From Nitrospirota bacterium (GTDB taxonomy: Bacteria > Nitrospirota > Thermodesulfovibrionia > Thermodesulfovibrionales > JdFR-88), in NCBI GenBank assembly GCA_021840255.1, contig JAKBYX010000011.1, positions 3,015 to 67,014 of the forward strand: a stretch of DNA of 64,000 nt, in the 5' to 3' direction. The notes beneath the pieces were generated by a model. It ran no database searches. It saw only the letters and a list, made by a program, of their open reading frames with translations, and was not told where the DNA came from. Shown piece after piece: positions 37,551 to 47,286 of the stretch. Numbering within the stretch: position 1 is the stretch's first letter; each line of letters begins with the position of its first letter. The position numbers and the translations under genes were made by a program.

Positions 37551-38252
37551 ATGTCCAGGGTCATTTTTGATATCGAGACCGCAGGCGGCGATTTTGATGC
37601 CCTGGAGGCCCCCTTCAGGGATTACTTCCTCCGCTTTGCGGAATCGGATGAGGACGTTGCCGCTGCAAAGGACAGCCTTTCCTTTTATCCGCTCACTGCG
37701 GAGATAGTGGCCATCGGAATGCTGAACCCTGACAGCGGCAAAGGCGCGGTCTATTACCAGGCCCCTCGTGTCGATCTCGAAGACAAAGAGCCCATGCTGC
37801 CCTTTGAGGAAGACGGCATCCTTTATGAGGCCGGCTCCGAAGAGCAGGTGCTCCATAAGTTCTGGCAGGCCGTTAAAAGCTATGACCAGTTTGTCACCTT
37901 TAACGGGCGGGTTTTCGACTGCCCTTTCATCCTGACGCGTTCGGCCCTTTACAGGGTAAAGCCGTTGCGTGACCTTATGCCCAACCGGTACAACGGGGCG
38001 CACATAGACCTGATGGACCAGCTCACTTTTTTCGGCGCGGTGCGCAGGCGCTTCAGCCTGGATCTGTGGTGCAGGTTCTTTGGGATAAAAAGCCCCAAGG
38101 AAGAGACCTGCGGCCATGAAGTAAAAGAACTGTTCAGGGCGGGCAGGTGCCTGGACATAGCCAGGTATTGCGCCGGGGACCTGAAGGCCACGAAATCACT
38201 TCTGGAATACTGGCAGAATTACATCAAATACCCTCCGGGGTGCAACAGGTAA
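37551..38252 (+). CDS. Stand-alone PolB-like 3'-5' exonuclease (RNase H-like, DEDDy)
   Basis: FDIET (ExoI), TFNGRVFD.PF (ExoII), HIDL, YCAGDL (ExoIII). Confidence 0.82.
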   Translation: MSRVIFDIETAGGDFDALEAPFRDYFLRFAESDEDVAAAKDSLSFYPLTAEIVAIGMLNPDSGKGAVYYQAPRVDLEDKEPMLPFEEDGILYEAGSEEQVLHKFWQAVKSYDQFVTFNGRVFDCPFILTRSALYRVKPLRDLMPNRYNGAHIDLMDQLTFFGAVRRRFSLDLWCRFFGIKSPKEETCGHEVKELFRAGRCLDIARYCAGDLKATKSLLEYWQNYIKYPPGCNR

Positions 38253-38274
38253 GGAAAAGAAAAACAAAACAAAA

Positions 38275-38478
38275 ATGTGCGAACTTAACGCGTATCTGAT
38301 CACCGGGGACAAGGAAGACCTCTATCTTGAGAGTGTGGACGTAATAAGGCCGGAAGAGGGGGCCGTCTATTTAAGGAGCCTGTTCGGGGAAGAGAGGCAT
38401 TTCCAGGGGAGGATAAAGGAGATCCAGGCCATAAAGCGGAAGATCCTCCTTGAGCCTTCATGTCCTTCAGGCTTATAG
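38275..38478 (+). CDS. CooT family small nickel-binding protein
   Basis: MCELNAY N-terminus, ESVD, L.SLFGE, G.IKEI; 67 aa. Confidence 0.75.
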   Translation: MCELNAYLITGDKEDLYLESVDVIRPEEGAVYLRSLFGEERHFQGRIKEIQAIKRKILLEPSCPSGL

Positions 38479-39335
38479 ATTCAGGGACCTGCGGGGCCGC
38501 CTTCAACATGGCCCTTGACGAGGCGCTGGCCCGTTCGGTAAAGGAAGGCCTCGCTCCCCCGGCCATACGTTTCTACGGCTGGGACCGCCCCTCACTGAGT
38601 CTTGGCCGTTTCCAAAAAAAGGAGCATTTTTCCCACAATAAAGCCGGGCTTGACCTGCAGTTCATCAAAGAAAGCGGCATCCCGGTGGTGGTCCGTCCCA
38701 CAGGTGGGAGGGCCGTCCTCCACGGCAATGAGCTGACCTACAGCCTGGTTTCCTGTTACGAAGGCGCATTCGAGGGGAAAGACCTCTTCGGATGTTATGC
38801 CGTTATAAGCCAGGCCATGGAGCGGGCGTTGCGGCGTTTTGGCGTCCCGGTAGAAGTGAAAATGAACCGGGCGAGCGTTGCCAGCGGCATGGCCCAGGGG
38901 TTTTTAGCGGGCGGATACAAAGAAAAAAGGGAAAGAGATGATCCGGGAGATAACCACTTGGCCGGGGGCAAAAGGCCGGGCAGGACCTTACCTTGCTTCG
39001 GGTCCGTGTCCTACGCGGAGATGACCGCAAACGGCAGAAAGATCGTAGGGTCCGCGCAGAGACGGTGGACGGAAGGCTTTTTGCAGCAGGGGTCCATACC
39101 GTTTGAAATTGACGGGCATCTGGGGGAAAAGGTATTTCGGGGATGTTTTGATCCTCGAATGATGGCGGGCCTGGCAACGCTGGTACCGGGCGCAAACCTC
39201 GCTCTTTTTAAGCGGTTTCTTGCGGAGGAGTTTGAGGAGGTCCTTGGGGTTCCTCTGGCGCCGTCGGAGCCGGCCCCCCAGGAGCTTGCTCTTGCCGGGG
39301 AGCTTCTGCCGGGATATGAGTCCGCGTGTTTCTGA
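38460..39335 (+). CDS. Lipoate-protein ligase family, LipM-like octanoyltransferase
   Basis: NMALDEAL, RFYGW..PSLSLG, RPTGGRAVLH.ELTYS, CF, KIVGSAQRR, LQQGSI. Confidence 0.88.
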   Translation: MSFRLIDSGTCGAAFNMALDEALARSVKEGLAPPAIRFYGWDRPSLSLGRFQKKEHFSHNKAGLDLQFIKESGIPVVVRPTGGRAVLHGNELTYSLVSCYEGAFEGKDLFGCYAVISQAMERALRRFGVPVEVKMNRASVASGMAQGFLAGGYKEKRERDDPGDNHLAGGKRPGRTLPCFGSVSYAEMTANGRKIVGSAQRRWTEGFLQQGSIPFEIDGHLGEKVFRGCFDPRMMAGLATLVPGANLALFKRFLAEEFEEVLGVPLAPSEPAPQELALAGELLPGYESACF

Positions 39336-40215
39336 AATAATAGGAAAAAGCGCTTCCTAAAAGAGAAAGCCCCATATAGCGTCCAAGGGCATAGCTTGCG
39401 ATCTGGTATGGCAATATGATTACGATGCCTATGATGGGGATCAGCTTGAACGGATACCCGATCACAAAAAGAAGGAACATGGCCATCCCGTAAGCGGTCA
39501 GCAGTGCGCTGTACCCCCAGAATCCCTTGGGGTGATCGGAGAGGAACCTTGCCGCTTTCCTGATCGACGGCCATGCCCGCTCCCCATCCATCACTACAAT
39601 GCTTGCCCCGTAAGCCCCAAGCGTCAGGCTTCCATAAACCGCAAGCAGCCCGGCCAGCAAGATGAACATATTCAGGAGGACCTCAAGCATCAGCCCCAGG
39701 AAAGAGCTTGCCTGTTTGAGGGCGTCCGAAAGATAGACCGCTCCGCCCACGGCCACCCCCAGCACAATGAAGGCGGCGAGGGTGAAAACCCCAAGCAGCA
39801 TATAGAAGTTGGCAAGGGGGGTGAAATGCTTTTTTGCCTCAAGGAAAAAGAGTTTGAGCCTGAAAGTCTCTTTCCTGTTTTCAAGTGTGCGGGCTATAAT
39901 TCCCATAGACCCTGCGACAACGTACATCCATATGAAAGCCGCAAAAATGGCGTAAATAAAGATGCTGGCCAGCACAAGAGCGGCAACCCAGACATACCCG
40001 CTCATAAAGGCTTCCTTCAGGCTTTCGAGGAACTGGCCGGCATTGGCGGCCGCAAGCTCGATGCCTGCAACCATTATGGCAATAAAGAGCGGTATGCCTA
40101 CTATAATGAAAAAGGCCGCCAGGTTCAGGATAGAGGCAGCTACTCTCAGGAGTACCAGGTGCCACCTGTGATTTATTACTGAGAACCCTTCTTTTGCGGA
40201 ATCGGAAAAAGTCAT
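39208..40215 (-). CDS. Multi-pass membrane hypothetical protein
   Basis: About six hydrophobic helices, coding-like frame, Pro-rich tail overlapping the end of the lipoate ligase. Confidence 0.72.
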   Translation of the reverse strand: MTFSDSAKEGFSVINHRWHLVLLRVAASILNLAAFFIIVGIPLFIAIMVAGIELAAANAGQFLESLKEAFMSGYVWVAALVLASIFIYAIFAAFIWMYVVAGSMGIIARTLENRKETFRLKLFFLEAKKHFTPLANFYMLLGVFTLAAFIVLGVAVGGAVYLSDALKQASSFLGLMLEVLLNMFILLAGLLAVYGSLTLGAYGASIVVMDGERAWPSIRKAARFLSDHPKGFWGYSALLTAYGMAMFLLFVIGYPFKLIPIIGIVIILPYQIASYALGRYMGLSLLGSAFSYYFRNTRTHIPAEAPRQEQAPGGPAPTAPEEPQGPPQTPPQETA

Positions 40216-40308
40216 GTTTTTAATTCTACCAGACTCCGGATAAAAAAAAGATGCGGACTGGAAAAAGGCGGGGTTGGCACGGTTTGCGCATTGCGGCATT
40301 GATTTTTT

Positions 40309-40956
40309 TCAGGGAAGCGGACGGAGGTACGCGCGGGCGGGGGCGGCTTCCAGCCCCTCTATCTTGAGAGGCAGGCATATGAGCTCATAGTCTCCGGGGA
40401 CGGCCATGGAGAGGTCCAACGCCTCGATTATCCATATCCCGGCCTCAAGGAGTATTTTGTGCACCAGGGTCCCTCCGCTTAGTCCGCCCACGGACAGGTA
40501 GTCGATCCCGACGGCGCGGACCTTTTTTTGGGCCAGAAAATTCGCGGCCTCTGCTCCAAGGTGTATGAATTCCTTGCGGAAAAGACCAGGAGAGCGGCCC
40601 CATAAGGCGGAGTTTTCCGTTTTAAAGAGTATCCTTTCTCCCTGGCGTATGCCCTGCGTTTCCAGTTCCTCCTGCCCGATCTCGCCGCTGCCGCCATTAG
40701 TGCCCTTGGCGAGTATCACCCTGGCTGGGCCCAGCAAGGCGCCAGGCGGAATCCCGGCAATGCCGGTTGCCCCTGGAATATAATGGAGGGGGGCATCCAC
40801 GTGCGTTCCGGAATGGGCACCCATGGTGATACGGGAGACGTTCGCTTCATCCCCAGCCTCGATGTCCTGCAGTTTCTCCAGCTCAACCCGCGGGTCTCCC
40901 GGCCAAACCGCCATACCTGCTCTTATCGTGACAGAGATGTCTATCAATGTGTCCAT
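40309..40956 (-). CDS. Cyclase family metal hydrolase (kynurenine formamidase-like)
   Basis: WPGDP, HSGTHVDAP.H, GIDYLSV, H..LL, IIE.L, LPLKI...EAAPARA. Confidence 0.9.
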   Translation of the reverse strand: MDTLIDISVTIRAGMAVWPGDPRVELEKLQDIEAGDEANVSRITMGAHSGTHVDAPLHYIPGATGIAGIPPGALLGPARVILAKGTNGGSGEIGQEELETQGIRQGERILFKTENSALWGRSPGLFRKEFIHLGAEAANFLAQKKVRAVGIDYLSVGGLSGGTLVHKILLEAGIWIIEALDLSMAVPGDYELICLPLKIEGLEAAPARAYLRPLP

Positions 40957-41106
40957 GGTATCCGCTATTTTTATGATAACGCCATTTGCTCTTTAAGCGT
41001 GGGGGTATTTTTATAATGTATGGAAATTGCAAAATTATTTTAAAATATATAACGTCCACAAGGAGGCAAAGCCTGATTGGAAATTTCAAATGAGGGATCC
41101 GGATCC

Positions 41107-41901
41107 ATGCAACAAAGGAAACACATCCGGTTGTCCGCCCATAACGCAAAATCTCTGAAAATAGCGCTCAGAAACAAGGCGCTCAGCGCCATTTCAAAAA
41201 AAGTCAGATTAAGAGACATAAGCATAGGAGGGGTGGGGCTGCACATCCCGGACGCCCAGACGATAATTTCCGAAGCCATTTATATGGAGTTTGCCATCCT
41301 TCTGCCTAATGAGGAGATCTGCTGGCTTGCCGGAAAGGTCGTCTATGTGAACGGCGATATCTGCGGTATCCAGTTCCGGGAAGATTTTGAGCAAAAGAAA
41401 CTCTCCCGGCACATCCTGCAAATAGAGAGGGAACTGCGCGGCTATGAGAAATGGGGAGGAGGCCGCGGGCATACCGCGCTCAGCCTGGACATTCTTGAAG
41501 CCGTATGGGGAGAGGCGGCTGCCCCTGAAGGGAAAAAGATACTTTTTGTTTCCTCTGCAGGCGAACCTCCTTCATTTTTCACTGGGGGATATGAGATAAA
41601 AGTGCTAAGGGAGCTTGGAGAATGGAAAAAATTTTATCCTGACCTTGTTTTTGTGGATTCAGACAACCTGACGTTCGGCGCTTATCTCCAGTTCCAGGAT
41701 ATGGAACGTCATCCGTTGATCAGGGAGACCCCCGTTTTTATATTTACCAACAGCGATCACGAGGCGCGCTATTTCACCGTTAAGGTCAGCTCCGGTGAGA
41801 GCTTTTCATGTTCAATGCCGAAAGAACGGTTCAAAAAAGAGATTCCCGGCATCATGAACCTTCTTTTAAGCAAATATGGGAGGCGGGGCCGTTATATTTA
41901 A
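41107..41901 (+). CDS. PilZ-domain protein with degenerate receiver-like C-terminus
   Basis: QRKHIR (RxxxR) and DISIGG (DxSxxG) c-di-GMP motifs; KILFV..PDLVFVD..TPVFIFT. Confidence 0.75.
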   Translation: MQQRKHIRLSAHNAKSLKIALRNKALSAISKKVRLRDISIGGVGLHIPDAQTIISEAIYMEFAILLPNEEICWLAGKVVYVNGDICGIQFREDFEQKKLSRHILQIERELRGYEKWGGGRGHTALSLDILEAVWGEAAAPEGKKILFVSSAGEPPSFFTGGYEIKVLRELGEWKKFYPDLVFVDSDNLTFGAYLQFQDMERHPLIRETPVFIFTNSDHEARYFTVKVSSGESFSCSMPKERFKKEIPGIMNLLLSKYGRRGRYI

Positions 41902-41952
41902 CTTGCAATTCTCCGCAGCTTGCTGCATGGCGATTCATTCGAGAAAGAGGTT

Positions 41953-43311
41953 TTATCCGATATCGTATTTGGCCAAGCGGTGCCTGAAGGAGCGGAAGCT
42001 CAAGCCAAGGAGCTTGGCGGCCTCCGCTTTTCGTCCGCCTGATTGGCCCAGCGCCTTAAGCAGATAGTCTTTTTCCAGCCCTTCAAGGAGTGTTTCCAAC
42101 GCGAACCCATTGCCTATTTCATCCAGGTGTCGCTGCCTTCCGGAACAATCGCCGGTTATCTCGTCAGGGACGTCCTGTACGCTTATGACGTCCTGGTCAC
42201 TAAACAGCAGTATTCTCTCCACGATGTTTTCAAGCTCCCGGATGTTCCCCCTCCATGTGTGGTTGATAAGCAGTTCGAGGGCGCCTTTTCCAAAACGTTT
42301 TTCTTTTTCCCGCTTTTTCAGAAAATGCTCGATCAAGGCCGGGATGTCCTCTTTCCGCTCCCGCAAGGGGGGCAGATGGACCGGGATGGCGTTCAGCCTG
42401 TAAAAGAGGTCCTCCCTGAAAGAGCCGTTCCTGACGGCCTCTTTTAAATCCTTATTGGTGGCGGAAAGGATTCTCACCTCCACGGTTATGTCCGTTGTGC
42501 TTCCCAGCCTTCGGAATGTGCCGGTTTCGATGACGCGCAGGAGCTTTGATTGAAGCTGCACGCTCATCTCGGCTATCTCATCCAGGAAGAGCGTCCCCTT
42601 GTCCGCCACCTCGAAATAGCCCTGCTTGTTCTGCGCGGCCCCGGTAAAGGCCCCTCTCATGTACCCGAAAAGTTCGCTTTCAAGCAGCCCTTCGGGAAGG
42701 TTGGCGCAGTTTATGGCCACAAAATTGGCGTCCTTCCTTGGGCCCAGGTTATGGATGGCATTGGCGATCAGGTCCTTGCCGGTGCCCGATTCCCCGGTTA
42801 TAAGTACGCTGGCCCTGCTTTCAGCCACACGGGGGAGCATACGGAGGATCTCTTTCATCCGCGGGCTTCTGGCCACGATGTTCTCATCCGTTCCGGCCTC
42901 GGCCCTCTGGCGCAAAAGAGAAAGCTGCCTCTGCATCTTCTGCTTGTCCAGCGCCTTGTTGACCATGATCCGTATCTCGTCTATCTTGAACGGCTTATGG
43001 ACATAGCCGTAGGCGCCCATTTTCATCGCTTCCACGGTGGACTCCATTGTGCCGAAGGCGGTTATCATAATGATCGCAGTGTCCGGGCTGATCTCCCTCG
43101 CCCGTTTGAGTATTCCAAAGCCATCCACGCCCGGCATTCTTATGTCCGTGATCACCAGGTTGAATATCTCGCTTTCGAGGGATTGAATGCCCTGGGTGCC
43201 ATCCGCCGCAGTGAGGACGTCAAACCCCTCCTGTTCAAGGAGCATCTTTATGATCTCCCTCATGTGTCTCTCGTCTTCCACAACGAGTATCTTTTCTTTT
43301 TGCTTAGACAT
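41953..43311 (-). CDS. pilR: Sigma54-dependent response regulator PilR
   Basis: Receiver domain, GESGTGKD, ESELFG..GAFTGA, FREDLFYRL, C-terminal HTH LSFRSFRHRL; follows pilS. Confidence 0.9.
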   Translation of the reverse strand: MSKQKEKILVVEDERHMREIIKMLLEQEGFDVLTAADGTQGIQSLESEIFNLVITDIRMPGVDGFGILKRAREISPDTAIIMITAFGTMESTVEAMKMGAYGYVHKPFKIDEIRIMVNKALDKQKMQRQLSLLRQRAEAGTDENIVARSPRMKEILRMLPRVAESRASVLITGESGTGKDLIANAIHNLGPRKDANFVAINCANLPEGLLESELFGYMRGAFTGAAQNKQGYFEVADKGTLFLDEIAEMSVQLQSKLLRVIETGTFRRLGSTTDITVEVRILSATNKDLKEAVRNGSFREDLFYRLNAIPVHLPPLRERKEDIPALIEHFLKKREKEKRFGKGALELLINHTWRGNIRELENIVERILLFSDQDVISVQDVPDEITGDCSGRQRHLDEIGNGFALETLLEGLEKDYLLKALGQSGGRKAEAAKLLGLSFRSFRHRLAKYDIG

Positions 43312-44905
43312 TCGCAGGCGCCTTTCCGCTCACAGGCAGAGTGACCGTGAACTCAGTCCCCCTGCCCGGTTCGCTTCTGAACCGGATGTTGCCGCCGTGG
43401 TCTTCCATTATGCGCAGGGCTATGGACAGGCCCAGGCCCGTGCCCGCGTCCTTGGTGGTGAAGAACGGGAAAAAGACCTTTTCGGTGTCTTTAGGGTCTA
43501 TGCCCTGGCCCGTATCGGCAAATTTTATTCTGACAACGCCGTTTTCTTTTTTCCCTGAAACGGTAAGCACACCACCGGCGGACCCGTTTGCGGACATCGC
43601 CTCGAAGGCGTTCAGGACAAGATTGTAAAAGACCTGCTGGAGCCGTCCGGGGTCCGCCGTCACGCGCAGGGTTTCTATGTCCGGCCTTATCACGACCCCG
43701 GCAGGGGCGGATTTGCCCAGTATCTCTAGGGTGCTCTTAAGAAGCACATCCAGTTCAACCGGCTCTGGTTCATTCTTTGCCGGTCTTGAGTACATAAGGA
43801 AATCCGTTATTATACGGTTAAGCCTGTCTGCCTCCGACAGGACCATCAGCATAAGGGATTCCTGCTGCTCGCTGCTGGTCCCTCCGCGATGGAGCATTTC
43901 AACCGCCCCCCTCAGGGAGGCCAGGGGGTTTCTTATTTCATGCGCTATGTTTGCCGAAAGCTCCCCGATGGCGGCCCATTTTTGCCTCAGCTGCATCTCC
44001 TGCTGCATCTTTTTTATTTCGGTCAGGTCGGAGAATATGCAGATATATCCCGTGGGCTCTCCCTGGGCGGTCTTCATGGCGGAAATCGTAAGCCCGATCG
44101 TCTTTTTCCCCCCGGACATCTCTCCTTCAGCCCGTTCGAACGGCTTGTTCAGGTCCTTGATAAAGGGGAAGATGCTTTGTATCCGAATATCTTCCTCCAC
44201 TGCCCGGTCCAGCCCTGTTATGGCTTCACCGGCCCTGTTGAGCGACAATATCCTCCCCTCCGCGTCTGTTGTCATAAGGCCGCTTGGCATGTTCTCCGCC
44301 ACTTCCTTGTTGAAGACGCTCAATTTCCTGAAATCCGTCAGCCTTTTTTCAAGGGTGAGGGAAGTTCTCTCAAGGCTGGAAGAAAGCTGGCCGGTCAGGT
44401 AGGCGCATACGTAAAGGGCCACTATGTTGGAAAAGATATTGTAAAGGAAATCTTTTTCATAGAGGACCAGCCCGTAAGGCACCGGTATCATACGCCAGTA
44501 CTGAAGGTCCAGCATTGCCCCGTATAAGATGCTCGACAAGGAGGCCGTCACAAACGCGGCCCTTTTGTCTATTACGGTCCCGGAGGCGATGACGATGAGG
44601 ATAAGGAGAAAGGAAAACCAGCTCTCTATTCCCCCCGTGAAATAAATGAGGGCCAGCGCCGCGAAAACGTCCAGCACTACCTGGACATATGCGAATGGTT
44701 TAGGTTTCGCCCTTTGAAGCAGAAGGGCGTATATTATCGTCAGACCATAGAGGACCTCTATCAGGTTGAATACGGCCTTCGGGTATGGAAATGCCCCATT
44801 GCCAATCGAGAAAAAGGCAAAGGACCCCAAAAGCACAGTCACGAAAAAGGCCCTGAAAGCGATTAGGGCCTTTATCTTTGACATATGCGGGTCCGTCTTG
44901 CCCAT
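43304..44905 (-). CDS. pilS: Sensor histidine kinase PilS
   Basis: TM region with TGG..S.F, PAS domain, AHEIRNPL H-box, N/G boxes; pilC-pilS-pilR synteny. Confidence 0.88.
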   Translation of the reverse strand: MGKTDPHMSKIKALIAFRAFFVTVLLGSFAFFSIGNGAFPYPKAVFNLIEVLYGLTIIYALLLQRAKPKPFAYVQVVLDVFAALALIYFTGGIESWFSFLLILIVIASGTVIDKRAAFVTASLSSILYGAMLDLQYWRMIPVPYGLVLYEKDFLYNIFSNIVALYVCAYLTGQLSSSLERTSLTLEKRLTDFRKLSVFNKEVAENMPSGLMTTDAEGRILSLNRAGEAITGLDRAVEEDIRIQSIFPFIKDLNKPFERAEGEMSGGKKTIGLTISAMKTAQGEPTGYICIFSDLTEIKKMQQEMQLRQKWAAIGELSANIAHEIRNPLASLRGAVEMLHRGGTSSEQQESLMLMVLSEADRLNRIITDFLMYSRPAKNEPEPVELDVLLKSTLEILGKSAPAGVVIRPDIETLRVTADPGRLQQVFYNLVLNAFEAMSANGSAGGVLTVSGKKENGVVRIKFADTGQGIDPKDTEKVFFPFFTTKDAGTGLGLSIALRIMEDHGGNIRFRSEPGRGTEFTVTLPVSGKAPANV

Positions 44906-44921
44906 TTAAAACTGCCTTTTT

Positions 44922-46142
44922 CTAGTGGACAAGCTGCATTATCTTGAATATGGGCATATACATGGCCACAACTATGAACCCCACGGCCCCGCCCAGGAAG
45001 ACCATCATGAGGGGTTCTATCATGGAGGTCAGGCCGGACACGGCGGCGTCCACCTCGTCATCATAAAAATCCGCTATCTTGTTGAGCATGGAATCAAGGG
45101 CGCCTGCCGACTCGCCGACCGAGATCATCTGCGTGACCATGCTTGGGAAGACCTTTTCCGTGGCGAGCGGCTCCGCGAGGGTCTTGCCTTCCTGCACGGC
45201 TTCTTTCACTCTTACCACCGAACGCTCGATCATCTTGTTACCCGCGGTCTTTGCCGTTATATCGAGCCCCTCCAGGATGGGAACGCCGCTGCTGACAAGG
45301 GTGCCAAGAGTCCTGGTGAACTTTGCCACGGCCACCTTGAGCAGGAGAATCCCGAAAATGGGGAGTTTTATGAACACGCCGTCCGTTATAAGTCTGCCCT
45401 TCGCCGTTTTCCTGAACTGGAGAAAGGCTACGTTGAGCACCACGATAAGCACAAGCAGTGAAAGGCCGCCTTTGCCTCCCAGGAAGTGGCTCATCGCGAC
45501 AACCACTTTCGTGGGGCCGGGCAGGTTGCCGCCCAGGGAAGTGAACATCTGCGAGAACGTGGGCACCACATATATCATGATGATGGTTATGACCGCCACG
45601 GCGACCAGGCTTACCACTATGGGGTAAGTCATTGCGCTTTTAACCTTCCTTTTAAGTTTGATCGTTTTTTCCATGTATGCCGCAAGCCTGGTCAAAACGG
45701 TATCCAGTATGCCGCCGGCCTCTCCAGCGGCAACCATGTTCACATAGAGCTCATCGAATACTTTGGGGTGCTTTCTCAGCGCGTCAGCATAAGTGGAGCC
45801 CCCTTCCACTTCGCCTTTTATCTCACGGATCACGGAGGCGAAGACCTTGGTGGCCGCCTGGCCTGCGAGTATGTCCAGAGCCTGCACCAGGGGCAGTCCG
45901 GCGTCTATCATCGTGGAGAACTGCCGGGTGAAGATGATCACGTCCTTGTCCTTGACCTTACCCCCGAGCCCGAAGGGCATTTTCAAGGGTGCGGCCTCTT
46001 TCTTTTTCTTCGTTACGGAGGTGGCGATTATGCTCCTTTTTCTTAGCTGAGCTATTACTTCCTCCTTCGATCCGGCCGTTATCTCTCCGGCCTCGACCGC
46101 CCCTGCCCTGGTCTTTCCGGACCACTGAAAAACTGTAGCCAT
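44922..46142 (-). CDS. pilC: Type IV pilus platform protein PilC
   Basis: FTRQFSTMIDAGLPL, AGEAGGILD, SAMTYP, FTRTLGTL.SSGVP, GESAGALD.ML, MYMPIF. Confidence 0.95.
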   Translation of the reverse strand: MATVFQWSGKTRAGAVEAGEITAGSKEEVIAQLRKRSIIATSVTKKKKEAAPLKMPFGLGGKVKDKDVIIFTRQFSTMIDAGLPLVQALDILAGQAATKVFASVIREIKGEVEGGSTYADALRKHPKVFDELYVNMVAAGEAGGILDTVLTRLAAYMEKTIKLKRKVKSAMTYPIVVSLVAVAVITIIMIYVVPTFSQMFTSLGGNLPGPTKVVVAMSHFLGGKGGLSLLVLIVVLNVAFLQFRKTAKGRLITDGVFIKLPIFGILLLKVAVAKFTRTLGTLVSSGVPILEGLDITAKTAGNKMIERSVVRVKEAVQEGKTLAEPLATEKVFPSMVTQMISVGESAGALDSMLNKIADFYDDEVDAAVSGLTSMIEPLMMVFLGGAVGFIVVAMYMPIFKIMQLVH

Positions 46143-46146
46143 CCTG

Positions 46147-47241
46147 TCACCTCCTCAGATTGGGAGCTTTTTCTTTTTCTTTTTTGACTGTTGCAAGGAA
46201 CTCATCAAGAACCGGCGAGTGCCCTGCGGCTTCATCCAATGAAATCAGGTTCCTGTTCATAAGGTCGATAAGGGACTGGTTCATGGTCTGCATGCCCGAA
46301 TGCGACTGGCCGGTCTGCATGATGGAATATATCTGGTGCAGCTTGTCTTCCCTTATAAGGTTCCTTATGGCGGGTGTGGGTATGAGCACCTCAACAGCCA
46401 TCACCCTGCCGGGCCCGTTTTTTTTCGGTATGAGCTGCTGAGCAATTATGGCCTCAAGCACAAAAGAGAGCTGTACGCGGACCTGCTCCTGCTGGTGCGG
46501 GGGGAATACGTCCACTATCCTGTTTAATGACTGCACGGCGGAGTTTGTGTGCAGGGTGGCCAGCGTAAGGTGGCCTGTTTCCGAGACCGTGAGCGCAGCC
46601 TCTATGGTCTCCAGGTCCCGCATCTCGCCCACCAGGACCACATCCGGGTCCTGTCTCAGGATATGCCGTAGGGCGTTTTTAAAGGACAGGGTGTCGGCGT
46701 TCACTTCCCTCTGGTTTATGAGCGCTTTCTTGTGCATATGGAGGTATTCTATCGGGTCCTCCACCGTTATTATATGGCAGTGGCGCTCCGAGTTTATGAA
46801 ATCCACCATGGAGGCAAGAGTGGTGGATTTGCCGCATCCCGTGGGGCCGGTCACCAGGACAAGCCCGCGGGGCTTTCTCGCAACGTCGGTCAGGATATCC
46901 GGCAGTCCCAAGTCGCGGAAACTCTGCACGGCGAAGGACACGGACCGGAAGACCCCGGCCACGACCCCGCGCTGCATGAAGATGTTTCCCCTGAAGCGGC
47001 TGACCCCTTTTAAGCCGAAGGAAAAATCCAGCTCGCTTGTCTCCTCGAAATGGTGCTTCTGGTTGTCCGTAAGCACACTGTAGCAAAGACTCTTGGTGTC
47101 CTCCCCGTTCAGGACCTCCTGCTGTTCCATGGGCAAAAGGCTGCCGTCTATCCTGAGCCTGGGCGGGCTTCCGGTTGTGATATGGAGGTCGGAGGCCCCC
47201 CTGTCGACCATCGTCTTTAAAAGCTCATATAAAGAAACCAC
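46147..47241 (-). CDS. pilT: Type IV pilus retraction ATPase PilT
   Basis: ASDLHI, GPTGCGKSTT, LRQDPDV, TGHL..TLHT, AIRNLIRE motif. Confidence 0.95.
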   Translation of the reverse strand: MVSLYELLKTMVDRGASDLHITTGSPPRLRIDGSLLPMEQQEVLNGEDTKSLCYSVLTDNQKHHFEETSELDFSFGLKGVSRFRGNIFMQRGVVAGVFRSVSFAVQSFRDLGLPDILTDVARKPRGLVLVTGPTGCGKSTTLASMVDFINSERHCHIITVEDPIEYLHMHKKALINQREVNADTLSFKNALRHILRQDPDVVLVGEMRDLETIEAALTVSETGHLTLATLHTNSAVQSLNRIVDVFPPHQQEQVRVQLSFVLEAIIAQQLIPKKNGPGRVMAVEVLIPTPAIRNLIREDKLHQIYSIMQTGQSHSGMQTMNQSLIDLMNRNLISLDEAAGHSPVLDEFLATVKKEKEKAPNLRR

Positions 47242-47286
47242 CCTCTTTTTACCTCCTCAAAAATCAAAAAATCAAAAAATGCCATG

